Assembly: GCA_002269645.1 (NCBI GenBank)
Contig: NIVC01001971.1
Coordinates: forward strand, 62,001 to 126,000
Source of the DNA: Macrostomum lignano
Lineage: Eukaryota
Direction: 5' to 3'
Length of the DNA stretch: 64,000 nt
Notes under the pieces: generated by a model
Seen by the model: the letters and a program-made list of their open reading frames with translations, nothing else
What the model was told of the DNA's origin: nothing
Database searches by the model: none
Position numbers and translations under genes: made by a program
Shown: positions 1-13,600 of the stretch, piece after piece
Layout of the letters: every line of letters begins with the position of its first letter
How positions within the stretch are numbered: the first letter of the stretch is position 1

Positions 1-414
1 TAGTGCAGGATGGAGTTGGCCCAACCAGTGAGGATGTCAGTTGCTGTGAACTTTTCCAGGCTAAACAAATTTGTTGAGCCGATGCCAGGAGAGAATTCTA
101 GCTTAATCCAATAGTTGCCTGACAAAGATTTTTGCTAATACTCGTAGATTGTTATCTGGTTTGGTCGGCAACTCATTTGATCCTCGATGTCATATCTGAT
201 GTCTACAATAAGCTGATTTAAACTCTTTGTTATTTCTTTAATTTTTAGGTGATGAAGGTAAACGATGGAAACTTTTCTATACTGAATCTTTTTTTGTAAT
301 TTTTCCTCAAATTTAGTCCTGCGATGCCTTGCGTATCGCATGCGCAGCGCTTTCCTATTGTAACGGTTTATTACTCCAGCCTTGCTGAAGCACTTGCAAT
401 TGTTAAATGGCACA

Positions 415-1175
415 CATCAGGTCCCCAAAGTAGCACGCATCAGGCCCCAAAAATGACACTCATGAGATCCCCAAAATGGCACCCAACAGATCCCCAAAAT
501 GGCATCCAACAGATCCCCAAAATGGCACCTAACAGATCCCCAAAATGGCACCCAATAGATCCCCAAAATGGCACCCAACAGATCCCCAAAATGGCACCCA
601 TCAGATCTTCAAAATGGCACTAATCAGATCCCCAAAATGGCACTAATCAGTTCCCCAAAATGGCACTCATGAGATCCCTAAAATGGCACTCATGAGATCC
701 TTAGAATGGCACCCATCAGATCCTCAAAATGGCACCCATCAGATCCTCAAAATGGCACCCATCAGATCCCCAAAATGGCACCCATCAGATCCACAAAATG
801 GCATCTATCAGATCTCAAAAATGGCACCCAATAGATCCCCAAAATGGCACCCAACAGATCCCCAAAATGGCACCCATCAGATCTTCAAAATGGCACTAAT
901 CAGATCCCCAAAATGGCACTAATCAGTTCCTCAAAATGGCACTCATGAGATCCCTAAAATGGCACTCATGAGATCCTTAGAATGGCACCCATCAGATCCT
1001 CAAAATGGCACCCATCAGATCCTCAAAATGGCACCCATCAGATCCTTAGAATGGCACCCATCAGATCCTCAAAATGGCACCCATCAGATCCTCAAAATGG
1101 CACCCATCAGATCCCCAAAATGGCACCCATCAGATCCACAAAATGGCATCTATCAGATCTCAAAAATGGCACCAA
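415..1175. repeat. Minisatellite, 23-bp unit (ATGGCACCCATCAGATCCTCAAA)
   Basis: Directly visible tandem array; explains the repetitive ORFs at 324-1292. Confidence 0.95.
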
Positions 1176-1612
1176 CAATTCGATTCACTCAACACCGTAA
1201 TTTTTTTTCAAATACGAGCTAAATATGATTTGTTAACGTTATGCATATGCATCACATCCATAAATTTTCTGTTCTGCTTGGATTCGAAATAATAATAATA
1301 ATATATTTGCACAAAGTCTACTAACACATTTTATTCCCACCTATCAAATCGCACCTGTGAGTCAATCAATTTGATTAATTTTATTCAGCTTAAAGCAATA
1401 TTAAAAAGTTAAACTTTAACTTTCTACATACTATTCGCTGGATATTAAGAGTAATTCTTGTGCTTTAAATGAGTCCAATTTGCTATTATCACTTTCGCTT
1501 AAAACTTTTTTTATAATTTAATTTTGCGCACCTGACATACCAGTATATAGCTGCACTAAAATAACATATTGCACTTTCAAAAGTATAAAAATAAAACCGT
1601 CGCCGCACGCAG

Positions 1613-4600
1613 ACGATGGCCGCTCAGAAAAGAAATCAACTTGGCGCGTCTCTGGCCTTGGCCGCCAGGCAGAGTCTCAACGACGAAGAGCTGGTGAGTC
1701 AGTGCTTAACTGGGAGAATTCCACCATGATTGGGGAATTCCCATTGATATGATTTATTGTCAGAATTTATTGAATCCAATTCGATCATTATTATTAAGGA
1801 ATCCCTATGTGGCCATCATTAGAGAATCCCATTTATGACCTTTGGAAAATCCCTATATCGTTTTGATAGGGAATTCCAACCTCCATGAAGAACGACCCCT
1901 TTGATAGGGAATCCCAAATGCCATTATTGAGAAATCTCTAGACTGCCTTGATGGGAAGCCCCATCAACCAGAATCCTATCCGCTATGAGAGGGGAATCCT
2001 ATCCCGTCTATCCTCTATGAGAGGGGAATCCTATCCCGTCTATCCTCTATGAGAGGGGAATCCTATCCCGTCTATCCTCTATGAGAGGGGAATCCTATCC
2101 CGTCTATCCTCTATGAGAGGGGAATCCTATCCCGTCTATCCTCTATGAGAGGGGAATCCTATCCGCTGTGAGAGGGAAATCCTATCCGCCATGAGGGGGG
2201 AATCCTATCCGCCATGAGGGGGAATCCTATCCGCCATAAGAGGGGAATTCTATCCGCCATAAGAGGGGAATCCTATCCGCCATGAGAGGGGAATCCTATC
2301 CGCCATAAGAGAGGAATCCTATCCGCCATGAGAGGGGAATCCTATCCGCCATGAGAGAGGAATCCTATCCGCCATGAGAGGGGAATCCTATCCGCCATGA
2401 GGGGGGAATCCTATACGTCATTAGGGGGAATCCTATCCGCCATAAAAGAGGAAACCCCTCTGTTGTGAAAGAAAAACCCCATAAGTACGAGCGTACGAAT
2501 AGACGTTAAGAAATATTCGCATTCTCACCCAACAGAAGTCGCACGTGTACAAGAAAACTCTGCAGGCAGTCTGCTACCCAATCAGCTGTACAGTGCCGCA
2601 CAGCTTTCAAGTTTGGTCGGCCACCAGTCCCACCTACTGTCACGAGTGCGAAGGCCTGCTGTGGGGCATCGCCCGTCAAGGCGTCCGCTGCAGCCAGTGC
2701 GGGGTTAAGACGCACGAGAAATGTAAAGACCTGCTGAATGCCGACTGTCTGCAACAGGCGGCTGAGAAATCCTCCAGACACGGAGCCGAAGACAAGTCGG
2801 CCGCGATTCGGCAAGCGATGCAGGTGAGATGGTCATTCGTAATTTGATAATATTGGAGGAATGCAGGCTTGAGGGCCTAATGGGGCGGAAGTAATGAAGC
2901 AGGACTGACTAAGAGTGGAATCTATCTGGTTCCTTTCTGATATCCGATATTGGGAAGCTAATAAACAACTCTTTTTCTGCAGTGGGTACTGCCACTATCC
3001 ACTGTCTTTAAGTAAATCTGGTCACTACCCACTGTCCTTCAGTAGGTCTGGTCACTACCCACTGTCCTTCAGTAGGTCTGGTCACTACCCACTGTCCTTC
3101 AGTAGGTCTGGTCACTACCCACTGTCCTTCAGTAGGTCTGGTCACTACCCACTGTCCTTCAGTAGGTCTGGTCACTACCCACTGTCCTTCAGTAGGTCTG
3201 GTCACTACCCACTGTCCTTCAGTAGGTCTGGTCACTACCCACTGTCCTTCAGTAGGTCTGGTCACTACCCACTGTCCTTCAGTAGGTCTGGTCGCTACCC
3301 ACTGTCCTTCAGTAGGTCTGGTCACTACCCACTGTCCTTCAGTAAGTCTGGTCACTACCCACTGTCCTTCAGTAGGTCTGGTCACTACCCACTGTCCTTC
3401 AGTAGGTCTGGTCACTACCCACTGTCCTTCAGTAGGTCTGGTCACTACCCACTGTCCTTCAGTAGGTCTGGTCACTACCCACTGTCCTTCAGTAGGTCTG
3501 GTCACTACCCACTGTCCTTCAGTAGGTCTGGTCACTACCCACTGTCCTTCAGTAGGTCTGGTCACTACCCACTGTCCTTCAGTAGGTCTGGTCACTACCC
3601 ACTGTCCTTCAGTAGGTCTGGTCACTACCCACTGTCCTTCAGTATACACTAATAACCCTAGAATTTCATTTTAGAATCCTAAAAATTATCTGAAAAATGC
3701 GAAAAAATAACATATTTTGCATCTTGCAGGAGAGAATGCAATCTAGAGAGCAAGCTCGACCAGAAGTATTCGAGCTCGTCCGTCGAGTATTCGGTGTCGA
3801 CGAAGCGAGCCATCGGGAGCAGCTGCGCGCGGTACAACTCTCCATTCTAGAGGGCAGCAGCAACTGGAGCGCCAAGATTGCCATCACTGTGATTTGCGCG
3901 CAGGGTTTGATAGGCAAAGATAAAACTGGCACCTCCGACCCCTACGTCACTGTGCAGGTGGGCAGGCTGAAGCGTCGAACAAAGACTGTTCCGCAAGAAT
4001 TGAACCCAACCTGGAATGAGAAATTCTACTTGTGAGTGAAAAGTACTTTTCGACTATATAGAATAGAAGAACGTACTAAATTAAGCTACTTTTTTCATCA
4101 CTTGATTACAGCGAGTGTCACAACTTTTCCGACCGAATCAAAGTTCGAGTTTGGTAAGTCGATTCCATTTTATTAAATGTACGAGCTGACTAAATGTTGA
4201 TTATCAGGAGCTTGGAGCAGAAAGCAGTGTGTTACAAGCTGAGATTTGTGTCTTTAACTGAGATTGGTGTGTCTGTAGCTGAGATTGGTGTGTCTGCAGG
4301 TGATATTGGTGTCTTTAGTTGAGATTGGTGTGTCTGCAGCTGATATTGGTGTGTCTGTAGCTGATATTGGTGTGTCTGCAGCTGAGATTGGTGTGTCTGT
4401 AGCTGATATTGGTGTGTCTGTAGCCGCAGAGATTGGTGTGTCTATAGCTGTGATAGGTGTGTCTGTAGCTGAGATTGATGTGTCTGTAGCTGAGATTGGC
4501 ATGTCTGTAGCTGAAATTTGTGTCTGTAGCTGAGTGTGTCTGTAAGATATTTGGTATTAAAAGTTGATGATGGATACTTTTTGTAGACTAATTTTTGTCT

Positions 4601-7600
4601 GCGCCTAATATTTTCCAGGAAGTTCAATTTTGATTTCATTAAATTTAAAGACACGCTTTGTTTGCTTAAAAGGAAAGTACAAGTAGTAATTCATTTTTGG
4701 CTTTCATTAGTTCGTATTCGCAATTGCGTACGATTACTATTTGAAAGACAAGTTACTGAGGTCTGTCAGATTAGCTCCTAAAAAGAAAAGTGCCCAATAA
4801 CACCCAAAAAATTGCTATGATAAAAAAGGGACGAAGACAACGATCTGAAGTCAAGAATTCGTCAACGACTCACCAGAGAGTCCGATGATTTTCTCGGTCA
4901 GACTCTGATCGAAGTTCGCACTCTATCGGGCGAGATGGACGTCTGGTACAACCTGGGTAGGTTGGCCACTCCCCTAACCCGATTGTCTCTCCACTAACTC
5001 ACCCGGTTGCTAATAACTGTGTTAACTAACTCTACACGTGAGTTAAAACCCAGTTCTCGAAATCTCTTCTCGCTACTGCTAGTCTACCTGCCAAGTCAAA
5101 CCGAAAAATGTCTGTCTTTATGTGTACACTGTAGTTACGTCTTTGCACTTCTCTAGTATCGTGTGTCTAATAAGACGGGCAACTTTGACACAGTGCTCGA
5201 GTGTTAATTGTCTGACGCAAGATATTACGTGTGGCCGAAGTGAAGTTCAATGATTTGGGGTTAATGGGGTGGAGGCTAACGGGCCGACCAGAAAATCGAT
5301 AACGGTACACCATCAAGTTTACAATTCGGGGGGTTGGCCCAGTCAAAAGCTACGCTGGTATAAAGTGGATTGGAAAGATCGGGGCTAAGTGGGGTGGGGG
5401 GTCAACGCGCCGACCAGAAAATCGATAACTTAACACGCCCAGGCTAAATGAACAGCGGCAAAAACTATTGTAGCAAAGCGCGCCTGCCCATCGTGGATAA
5501 AAGGTTTGGGGTAAAGGGGTTTAACGGGACCGACAAAAAATCGATATGACATCCACCCAACTCACACGCCCAGGCTAAAGAATGCAAGTCAACTTGAGAA
5601 GACAGTGTCTAGTGTGTGACAACAGTGTGACAAATAGGAACTAATCTCCTTACGCATCATTCATACCTTTTGAAAAATTAATCAGTTTAAATGCAATTTA
5701 AATTCGATGGTAAGAAAACCTTATTTACGGCTATTCTGGCTTATTCTCAGGACACACGGTACTCCTATGTTGTTTTAGATTTTTGAGGTTGCACCTTGCT
5801 TTTCGGGTTTTGCGTCTGTAGCTGAAAAAACCGAATCCCGAAAGGCAAAGGAAATTGAAATGATAAACATATCGAATGATAGACTGCTGTAACCATTTTA
5901 TTTTTCTAGCAATTTCAGTAGCCAATTTCAGTAGCTAATTTGTATTCAGTACGTTTTAGAAGAGTTTTTTATCGTGTTTCATACTTCCTGTGATACTCGT
6001 ACCTATAGCGATAGCGTGGACTTAAAAACAACAATGAAAAATATTTCTTTTTGATTCCAAATTAGGCTAGAAAGACTGACAGACCTTTAAAAAGGTAGCT
6101 ACTCGTAGTCAAATACGCACTCTGTCGCCTATTCAATAATCAGGGATGAGGACAACGACCTGAGGGCTCGAATCCGTTCAAAGTTAACGTCCGAGTCGGA
6201 CGACTTTCTCGGTCAGACAATGATCGATGTGAGCAAATTGTCCGGCGAAATGGACGTCTGGTACACTCTCGGTAGGTTGCAAGTGGACCCAGCTTGAATC
6301 GGCTGTGTTGCTAAGAACCAACTATCGAAGTTTAGGCATTATGGTTAGGCAGAAGTTTTAGTTAACAATACAAACTATTAAACACTTTGGTGCTTCCTTA
6401 AAGCCTATTTACTATATTTGTTCTGTCATTTAATGTTGTAAATATTTCTTACATTTTTATACATTGTCAAATATGCATGTTGCTACGCTAGGCAGTTGTT
6501 TTGCAACAAGACGACTGGTAAGGATATGAATGACACCTATTTTATGGAAATTTGTGTCAGGCTAGTATTTTATCTCGAAAAGCCTGAGAAATACATGTAC
6601 TACATTGGAGACTAATTAGCAAGCGTGATTTTATAAAAACTCACTTATAACTTTCTACACATCCTGTTACATTATAAATGTTATAAAATATTTTATTGCT
6701 TGATACAAAACTTCGGAACTTGCTTAGAATCAGTGCAATATTATTTTTCCCAATTGTAAAGTTGCTAAACTTGGGAATCAAACTCCGATCAAACGCATTA
6801 CAACTGCCCCGTATTACCTGTGCATTTTGAAACGTAATTAAGCCTCTAGAAAATCTGAAAAACTTCTCTTTGCTCCCAATGGTCCATACCTGTACAGAAA
6901 ACAGTTGCGTTTTATTTTTTGCAATACGCTCGTAACTATTCACTTCAGAGAAGCGAACGGACAAGTCGCTGGTGTCGGGCGCTGTGCGATTGCACATCAG
7001 CGTGGAAATCAAAGGCGAAGAGAAGGTCGCGCCGTATCATGTGCAGTACACCTGCTTGCATGAGGTGAGGCTCGATATTTGCATATTTTACTCGTTCAAA
7101 CAATTTCTTTTCATTCGTTTAAAAATGGATTAAAAGTTAAAATGATACCATTAGCTAAGGGAGATCGACAAACTGAGTTCTTCAAATTTGTCTGGTATAT
7201 TTTCTCAAAACGGATTGCCAGATAAATATCGCTCCCTATCGTCTCAAGAACAATTTAAGAACGTTCTTAAGTCGTTATTTTATTGCCTGTTGAAATAAGA
7301 TCTCTTAAAAGTCCATTTCGTGATATGCAAAGTAAATGCCTGTTGCTAGATATGTCTAGCTCGTATTTATATTTAATTAAAATATAGATGTCTTAAAACC
7401 TTAAAACAAGAGTCTCCAGGCATGACACTACACACAGCTTGACACTATTCACGAACCAAACTTACAGAACTTATTCCACTACATGTGCGAGACATCGAAA
7501 CAGGATGGTAAACAGGAAGTCCGACTGCCCAGACAAGCCATCGGACGAGGCGAGAATGCGTGGAAAATCTACTTCGAAGCTGAGATGCAAGAAATCGTGG

Positions 7601-10600
7601 ACGAGTTTGCGATTCGATACGGCATTGAGAGCATCTATAGAGCGATGACGTGAGTGAAAAATGCTCATTTGTTTATTTAATCGCAGTGATTTGCTAATTA
7701 AGTTGGTTGAATACACTGTCTGACCGTGATGCTCTACATGTATGCTTTGTTAAAATGCTTCGTACAATTATTTCCCTGTTTTGCGAAGCTATTTCATCTT
7801 GTCTAAACTTTCGATAGTACGTTTGGTAGCCACGCCATTTGACTGTTGACCACTTGAATGCCACCGATCAAGTACATCTATCTACCTTGCCTTCTTACTT
7901 GCACGCCAGATTTCCCGTGTACATGACATGTTGGGCTTGTAAGGGTGCATCTTAAAACGAATTTAGGCAGTGATCCTTTGGTGAAAAAAATTTCTTCCAA
8001 TATCTTAGAAACAAAAGTGCATCGTTTTCAGGAGAAGCAATCAATTTAATAAGCTAAGGAAGTTCACATTCGTTATACGAAAAATATGCAAGATTGACAT
8101 TGAGTACTACAGTGTAATCTGGATGTTCCTGCCCTCTCGTTAATTCCTCTCTCCCTCTTTCTTATCCTTATCCTGCATGAGTTCTGAGAACACTTGCTGT
8201 GTATATGAATGCTTTGTATTCTGTACAAATATTTCTATCCGCTGCCACTTTCATTCTGGGCGATGCGTCTATTGATCGATCCGTTATTATAAGACAGAAT
8301 CCAGGGAGAGGGAGGAGAGAGAGAAGGGGAGCCAAGGCGCGGAAAGAATTTCCTGGTCAAATTTCTCCTCTGCTCAACCGCGCCCATAACAGTTCCTGTT
8401 CTCTCCTGACCGCTACAGCATCCCCTTTTTTCTGTTCATTCTTTCTCCTCTCACCGCGCTTCTCCCTCTGTGATGCCCCGCAAGCAGCTGCAGCCTCGTT
8501 TTATCATTTATTCTTGGCCTATCGTCAGGCCTCTCAGAAATCTCTTGCACTCTGTCTCTCTCCCCATCGGAGCCACTTCAGTACCTCTTCTATAGCCGAT
8601 CCAATGGTTGATTCGGGTTTCGCACTAGAAATGCAATACTGCAGAAAAAACCTAATGTCAAACACATTCAACGTGTTTTACGTTCAGTTCAATTCATCTA
8701 TACTGAACCCACTGCCAGGCGCTAGACAAAGGCTGCAGAGAAATCGTTAACAAAGATGACGATTCTGTGTAGTTTTTGCAACCCAATTATCTTGTATGCA
8801 TTGAACTTCAATCGGGTTGGAGTAAAATTTTCAGTAGAACTACTAGCAATCTAGTGCCCCTTTTTTGGGGCGGCCAATAATCAAAGGACGAAAATTATTT
8901 ACGTGAATCCTTTTAAGAGACAAAGACACATTTTCTTAAAAGCATTCATTCTTCAGTTTCGTAAATCCCATTGTTCGAGAAAATTTATCAGGGACAAAGA
9001 TTTTGGGGAGCTAACAAAAAATGAGATACACTGGTGGACATTGAAGAGATCCACTACTACTGTTCAGTAGTGTATTATTGCACACTATTATTCCTTCGAT
9101 TTAGTGCGCAATTAAATAATATCGTTACCCGCTCGGGATGCAAGTTGCGTAACTTGCAGTTGCGATCGGAGAGAAAAAGAGGATACTTTTCAAAGTCCAG
9201 CGTTTATTTTTAAATAAGCTACATGTAGCTTCTGACTACTCAGCTTTGACATCTCAGCAATTCCCCCCGTAAGCCTTGACATCTCAGCAATTCCCCCTGT
9301 AATGACTCGGGAGTCAGTATTGATTTTGCAGTGCGAAAACGCTTGGACCTCCAAGAAGGGTGAGAGTGCCTATATATATTTGGGCCCTCAGGCCTCAGCC
9401 AATCATGTGTGGCTACGTAATTGGTATAAAATGCATACGAGCTCGTAAAAGGGGAGAGGTAAGCTGTGCAGAGTACAGTAAAAGAGTACAGTGAGTGAGC
9501 ACCCCGCACTGCTAGGCACCCCGTTTAACAACAACAATTGAGTGCAGGGCATGACACCCCATAAGCTGTGACTTCTCAGCAATTCTCCCGTAAGCCTTGA
9601 CATCTCAGCAATTCCCCCCGTATTACTCAATGTGAGCAATACTTAATGTGTTATGTGTAACGGTGGCGTCCCTGGAGCAAATAGCGCATGCTGATGTACA
9701 CTCAGCAACATGTTAAAGTTTCCACCCCAAGAACTGTTGGTCCACAAGTAGCAGCTTTAATTCAACTTAGCCATAAAAGCTCATTCACACTGCCCATCTG
9801 ATGAGCAAGCAAATCACACGACCAATGCACAAAGAAATCAAATTTGATGTTAAGTTGTGTGATCACACAAAAATGGGCCTTATATGATAGTGGTGTGAAC
9901 GAGCATAAACTTTCTAGTCTCTCCTAACCAGCCTAAGCTAGGTCTTGTTACGCAAAGTTCATCACCCGCAGTCGAGACGAAAACCGCGCGCGTGTGATGT
10001 GAATTGCGTCAACTTGGAGCTGAAATCTGAGAACAGTTGACCACTGGTTTCGGGGTGGTCACAAACTTTAATATGTTGCCGGGTGTACATTCAATGTACG
10101 CTGCCGTCTAATTATTTCTACCCCCAGTTTTGTGTACCCTCTCTCCTCCCAGCCTCAGCGCGGGCTCTAATTGGCTAAAGGTTGATTTATATTCGCTGAC
10201 CAACAAGAGTCAGCCAATGTTTGGCAGTCCAATTTGTTTACGAAAAATGACCAATCTGAGCCTGACCGTGCCAGTCTGTCTTGGCGAGCGTAGGAGACTG
10301 TCTGCCTGCGAGCTTCAACATGCACAGCAGCAGCAGCAGCAGTTGCAGATTAATCCAGTTGAACCTCGACGGCGCAGCATAGCTGTGCCTAGCGTCGCAT
10401 CTTCCGAGACCGAATCACCGTCGCATTCAACCTCGTCCCCTTTGCCGTTCAACTCTCCATCTTTCAGGCATTTCTCCTGTCTGACAACAAAATCGTTGAG
10501 CACCGGAGTGCCAGCCGTGATGTCCAATCTGCTTGCTAACATCAACGCATTCTATGCGCACAGCGCCACCGGGAATTCCGTCAGCGCTAACGACCGTTTC

Positions 10601-13600
10601 GCGGCGTCCAACTTTGGCAAAGAGAAGTTTGTGAAACTATTGGATCAGCTGCACAACTCGCTACGAATCAGTTTATCAGTGTACCGAAACTCTTTCCCCG
10701 CCTCTCAACCTGAGAAACTGTTGGATCTGAAATCAACAGTGGATCTGCTCACCAGTATTACTTTCTTCCGGCTCAAGGTGAGATGCGTTTTGATTTGATT
10801 TGATTTTTGATATTTGTTTTATTTTCAAGTATTATCAAGGTTTTTAGCTATAGGGCCTCAAAGACGGGGAAACGTCCTTAAGTTTCTGATTTGACTTGTA
10901 ATCAATGTATACATACTCGTAGAATTCAGATTGAGGTGTCTAGCGGCCACAAATGCAAAAAAATCGAAGTGTCCGTTAGGAAAAATAGAATTGCCTCAAT
11001 TTTAGGCGTAAACAAGTTGATGTGAATTTCGAAACAGATCTTTTTGTAGTCATACTCGTATATAAAATAAGTCTCGACAGACTTTTGTTCTTCTCCGGTC
11101 ACTACGATTAAATTGAAGGGGTCTTTTAATTAATTAACTAGAAACGAGAAAATAGCAATTCACTTTCTCCCAATTCGCAGGTTCAAGACGTAGGCAGCGT
11201 GCCTCGAGCGGGCAGCGTACTGAAGGAGTGCGCACTCAACTGCTTGAAAACCACGTATCAGTTTCTGTTTGAAAACTGCAACGAATTGCACCAGCGGGAG
11301 TTCCCAGCAGCAGCTGCGGCCGCAGCAACAGAGGGGGCGTCGGAGTCGGCTAAGTCGGGCCCTTCGCCGGACTCTCTGGACTTTTGGCACCGACTGATCG
11401 AGCTGGTGGTGTCGGTGATCGAGGAGGATCGAAACAGCTACGCCCCGGTGCTAAACCAGTTCCCTCAGGAGGTCCACATTGGCCAGCTGAGCGCCTCCGC
11501 AATGTGGGATCACTTTAGTCAGGATTTGATGTACGCTCTGCAGGAACACGAAGAGAAGAGGCCGTGCAAAACGTCCGAGTACATGAACCTGCTGTTTAAG
11601 GTGGGCTTCTGTGGATTTAGATTTTTCCTTAATGATTTCTGCGCACTGTAAGTGTGACCTTTGAGCACAGAACTAGATTTGTTACTATCCTATTTTCAAT
11701 TTGGCGTCTGTTTTGGGTTCGCATAAATTTTTCATTGGTTCGGAGCTTCTGTCTATGGCCAAATATGACAGATCGGTGGTCTCGTCTCGAAACTGGACCA
11801 TCTTTGATCCATAGTGAATCAAGCCGTTTTGTTGTGCCAGCCTGAGTTACGTATTTATTATTTTTATGAAATCTCGTTATGCTTTGTCATAAGGCCTTAA
11901 ATGATAATGTAAAAATTTCACTACAGGTGAAGTGGCTCTACAACAAATACGTGGCAGACGCTCCGCCGCACAAAGGCTCCGTACCTGGCTATCCACTCTG
12001 GTTCCAGCCGTTCGTACTGCAGTGGCTAAGCGAGAATGATGAAGTCTCCATGGAGTATCTGCACAGCGCCTATGCTAGGTAAGGTTTTGAACTATATAGT
12101 TTGCAAGTCAGTTTCAGTTATTTCAACTTCTCACTAGATCATTTGAGAGGTTGCAGCGCACAGAATGAACAGCAGCGGTATTACTCGTAGATAACCCACC
12201 AAGACGAATGTCGACCCTCGGCTCACAAGGTGCCAGTCACGCCGATTCTTGAGCTCGCCCACGCTGATATGCGTAGACAGGCCCTGACTTTCTCGTCGTC
12301 TAGCATGTACACTCTCTGAGCCTTGGGGTAGTCCTCAATCGCACCAGCCCCGGTCAATATTCGTTGCACCTCCCCAAATCTATATACGAGCTATGTACTT
12401 GCATGCAATCGAATCTGGGTACTATATAGCGCGAGAGTCAGATGCGCTAACTGCTGTGCCACTCTGCCCCCCCCCCCCCGATATAGACTTATCTTTGATT
12501 TTACTATTGAGGCCTCAATTCGCACAAGTGTATCATTCAAAATGAACATTTGAAATAACGAAACTCATTGTTTGTAGCGACTCACTTCTAATAAGACCCA
12601 AAATGACAACTTTTAAGTAAAAGTCGCGAATTTGTTTATGTAATATTGTTTTTTTTCGCCATCAACAGAGACCGGAAAGACAGCTTTCAAAAGAGCTCAG
12701 ACCACGCACTGTTCAGCACGTCTGTTGTTGACGTATTTACTCAGCTCAACCAGTGCCTAGATGTAGTAAAGAAGCTGGAATGTCCAGATCCAGCAGTTGA
12801 AGCCGCTTTCATGAGTCGATTCAGCGGCACAGTTGTCAAAGTTCTATTCGCGTACGCCGACATCATCGCTAAAGACTATGGCAACTTTACTGGCCAGTCT
12901 GGCAAAGCCTGCGTGCTTATGAACAATGTGCAGCAGGTTCGAGTGCAACTGGAGAAACTCTACGAAGCCATGGGCGGCCAGGCCATGGAAGCTGAGACCA
13001 AGGACAAGCTACAGGTAATAAATTTTTCAATTGCAAATTTTGTGTTTGCTTAATTGTAGCTTCTTTCGTGATTACGTGATAATTAGGACATTTCAAATAA
13101 TAAAAAGCTTTAATGCTAAAAGAAAAAAATGACTACAAGTACAACATACAACAAGAACTAGTAGATATCGGCACCAAAAATGGAGACCGGACGGGAGTAA
13201 TACTTCAGATCAAACCGTCCATTTCTTAGTCAACTGGTCCGACAAGTTATCGATCGCAGTGGGTTTAACTCGAAGCTTTACTTCTCAGGCTCCACTCCGG
13301 CGCTTAAGCCCTTTTTCATTAGAAGACAAAAAGCAAAGTCTTTAGTGAAAACCCTCGAGACCCCTACAAACTCTGCAGGAGCTGCAAGATCGACTGAATA
13401 CCGTACTGGACGATCTGGCGGCGAGATTCGTTTCTACAAAATCTAGCGAAATTGTCGCTGCAGTCCGTGAGGTCGGCTGCCTGCTGCACAAACACGTGCG
13501 CGGTGGAGCCGGCAGCAGTGGCGGTGGGTCAGGAAGCACAGATCCGCAGGCGGAGGCTGATATGATACTGCGGCCACTGATGGAGCTTTTGGACTCGTCT

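Noticed and set aside
135-413. 92-aa minus-strand ORF and nearby short frames at the window start
   Set aside because: No recognisable motif or supported splice structure; could not be linked to Unc13 or a TE.
2915-3652. 245-aa and 213-aa repetitive ORFs; regular 30-bp repeats that could suggest CRISPR
   Set aside because: Head-to-tail repeat with no unique spacers, inside a spliced Unc13 intron; open frames arise because 30 is divisible by 3.
8199-8750. 183-aa ORF; a GAG acceptor near 8571 would give an in-frame THFSTSS... alternative terminal exon
   Set aside because: Low-complexity purine/pyrimidine sequence, weak acceptor, and no Munc13 similarity beyond HFS.
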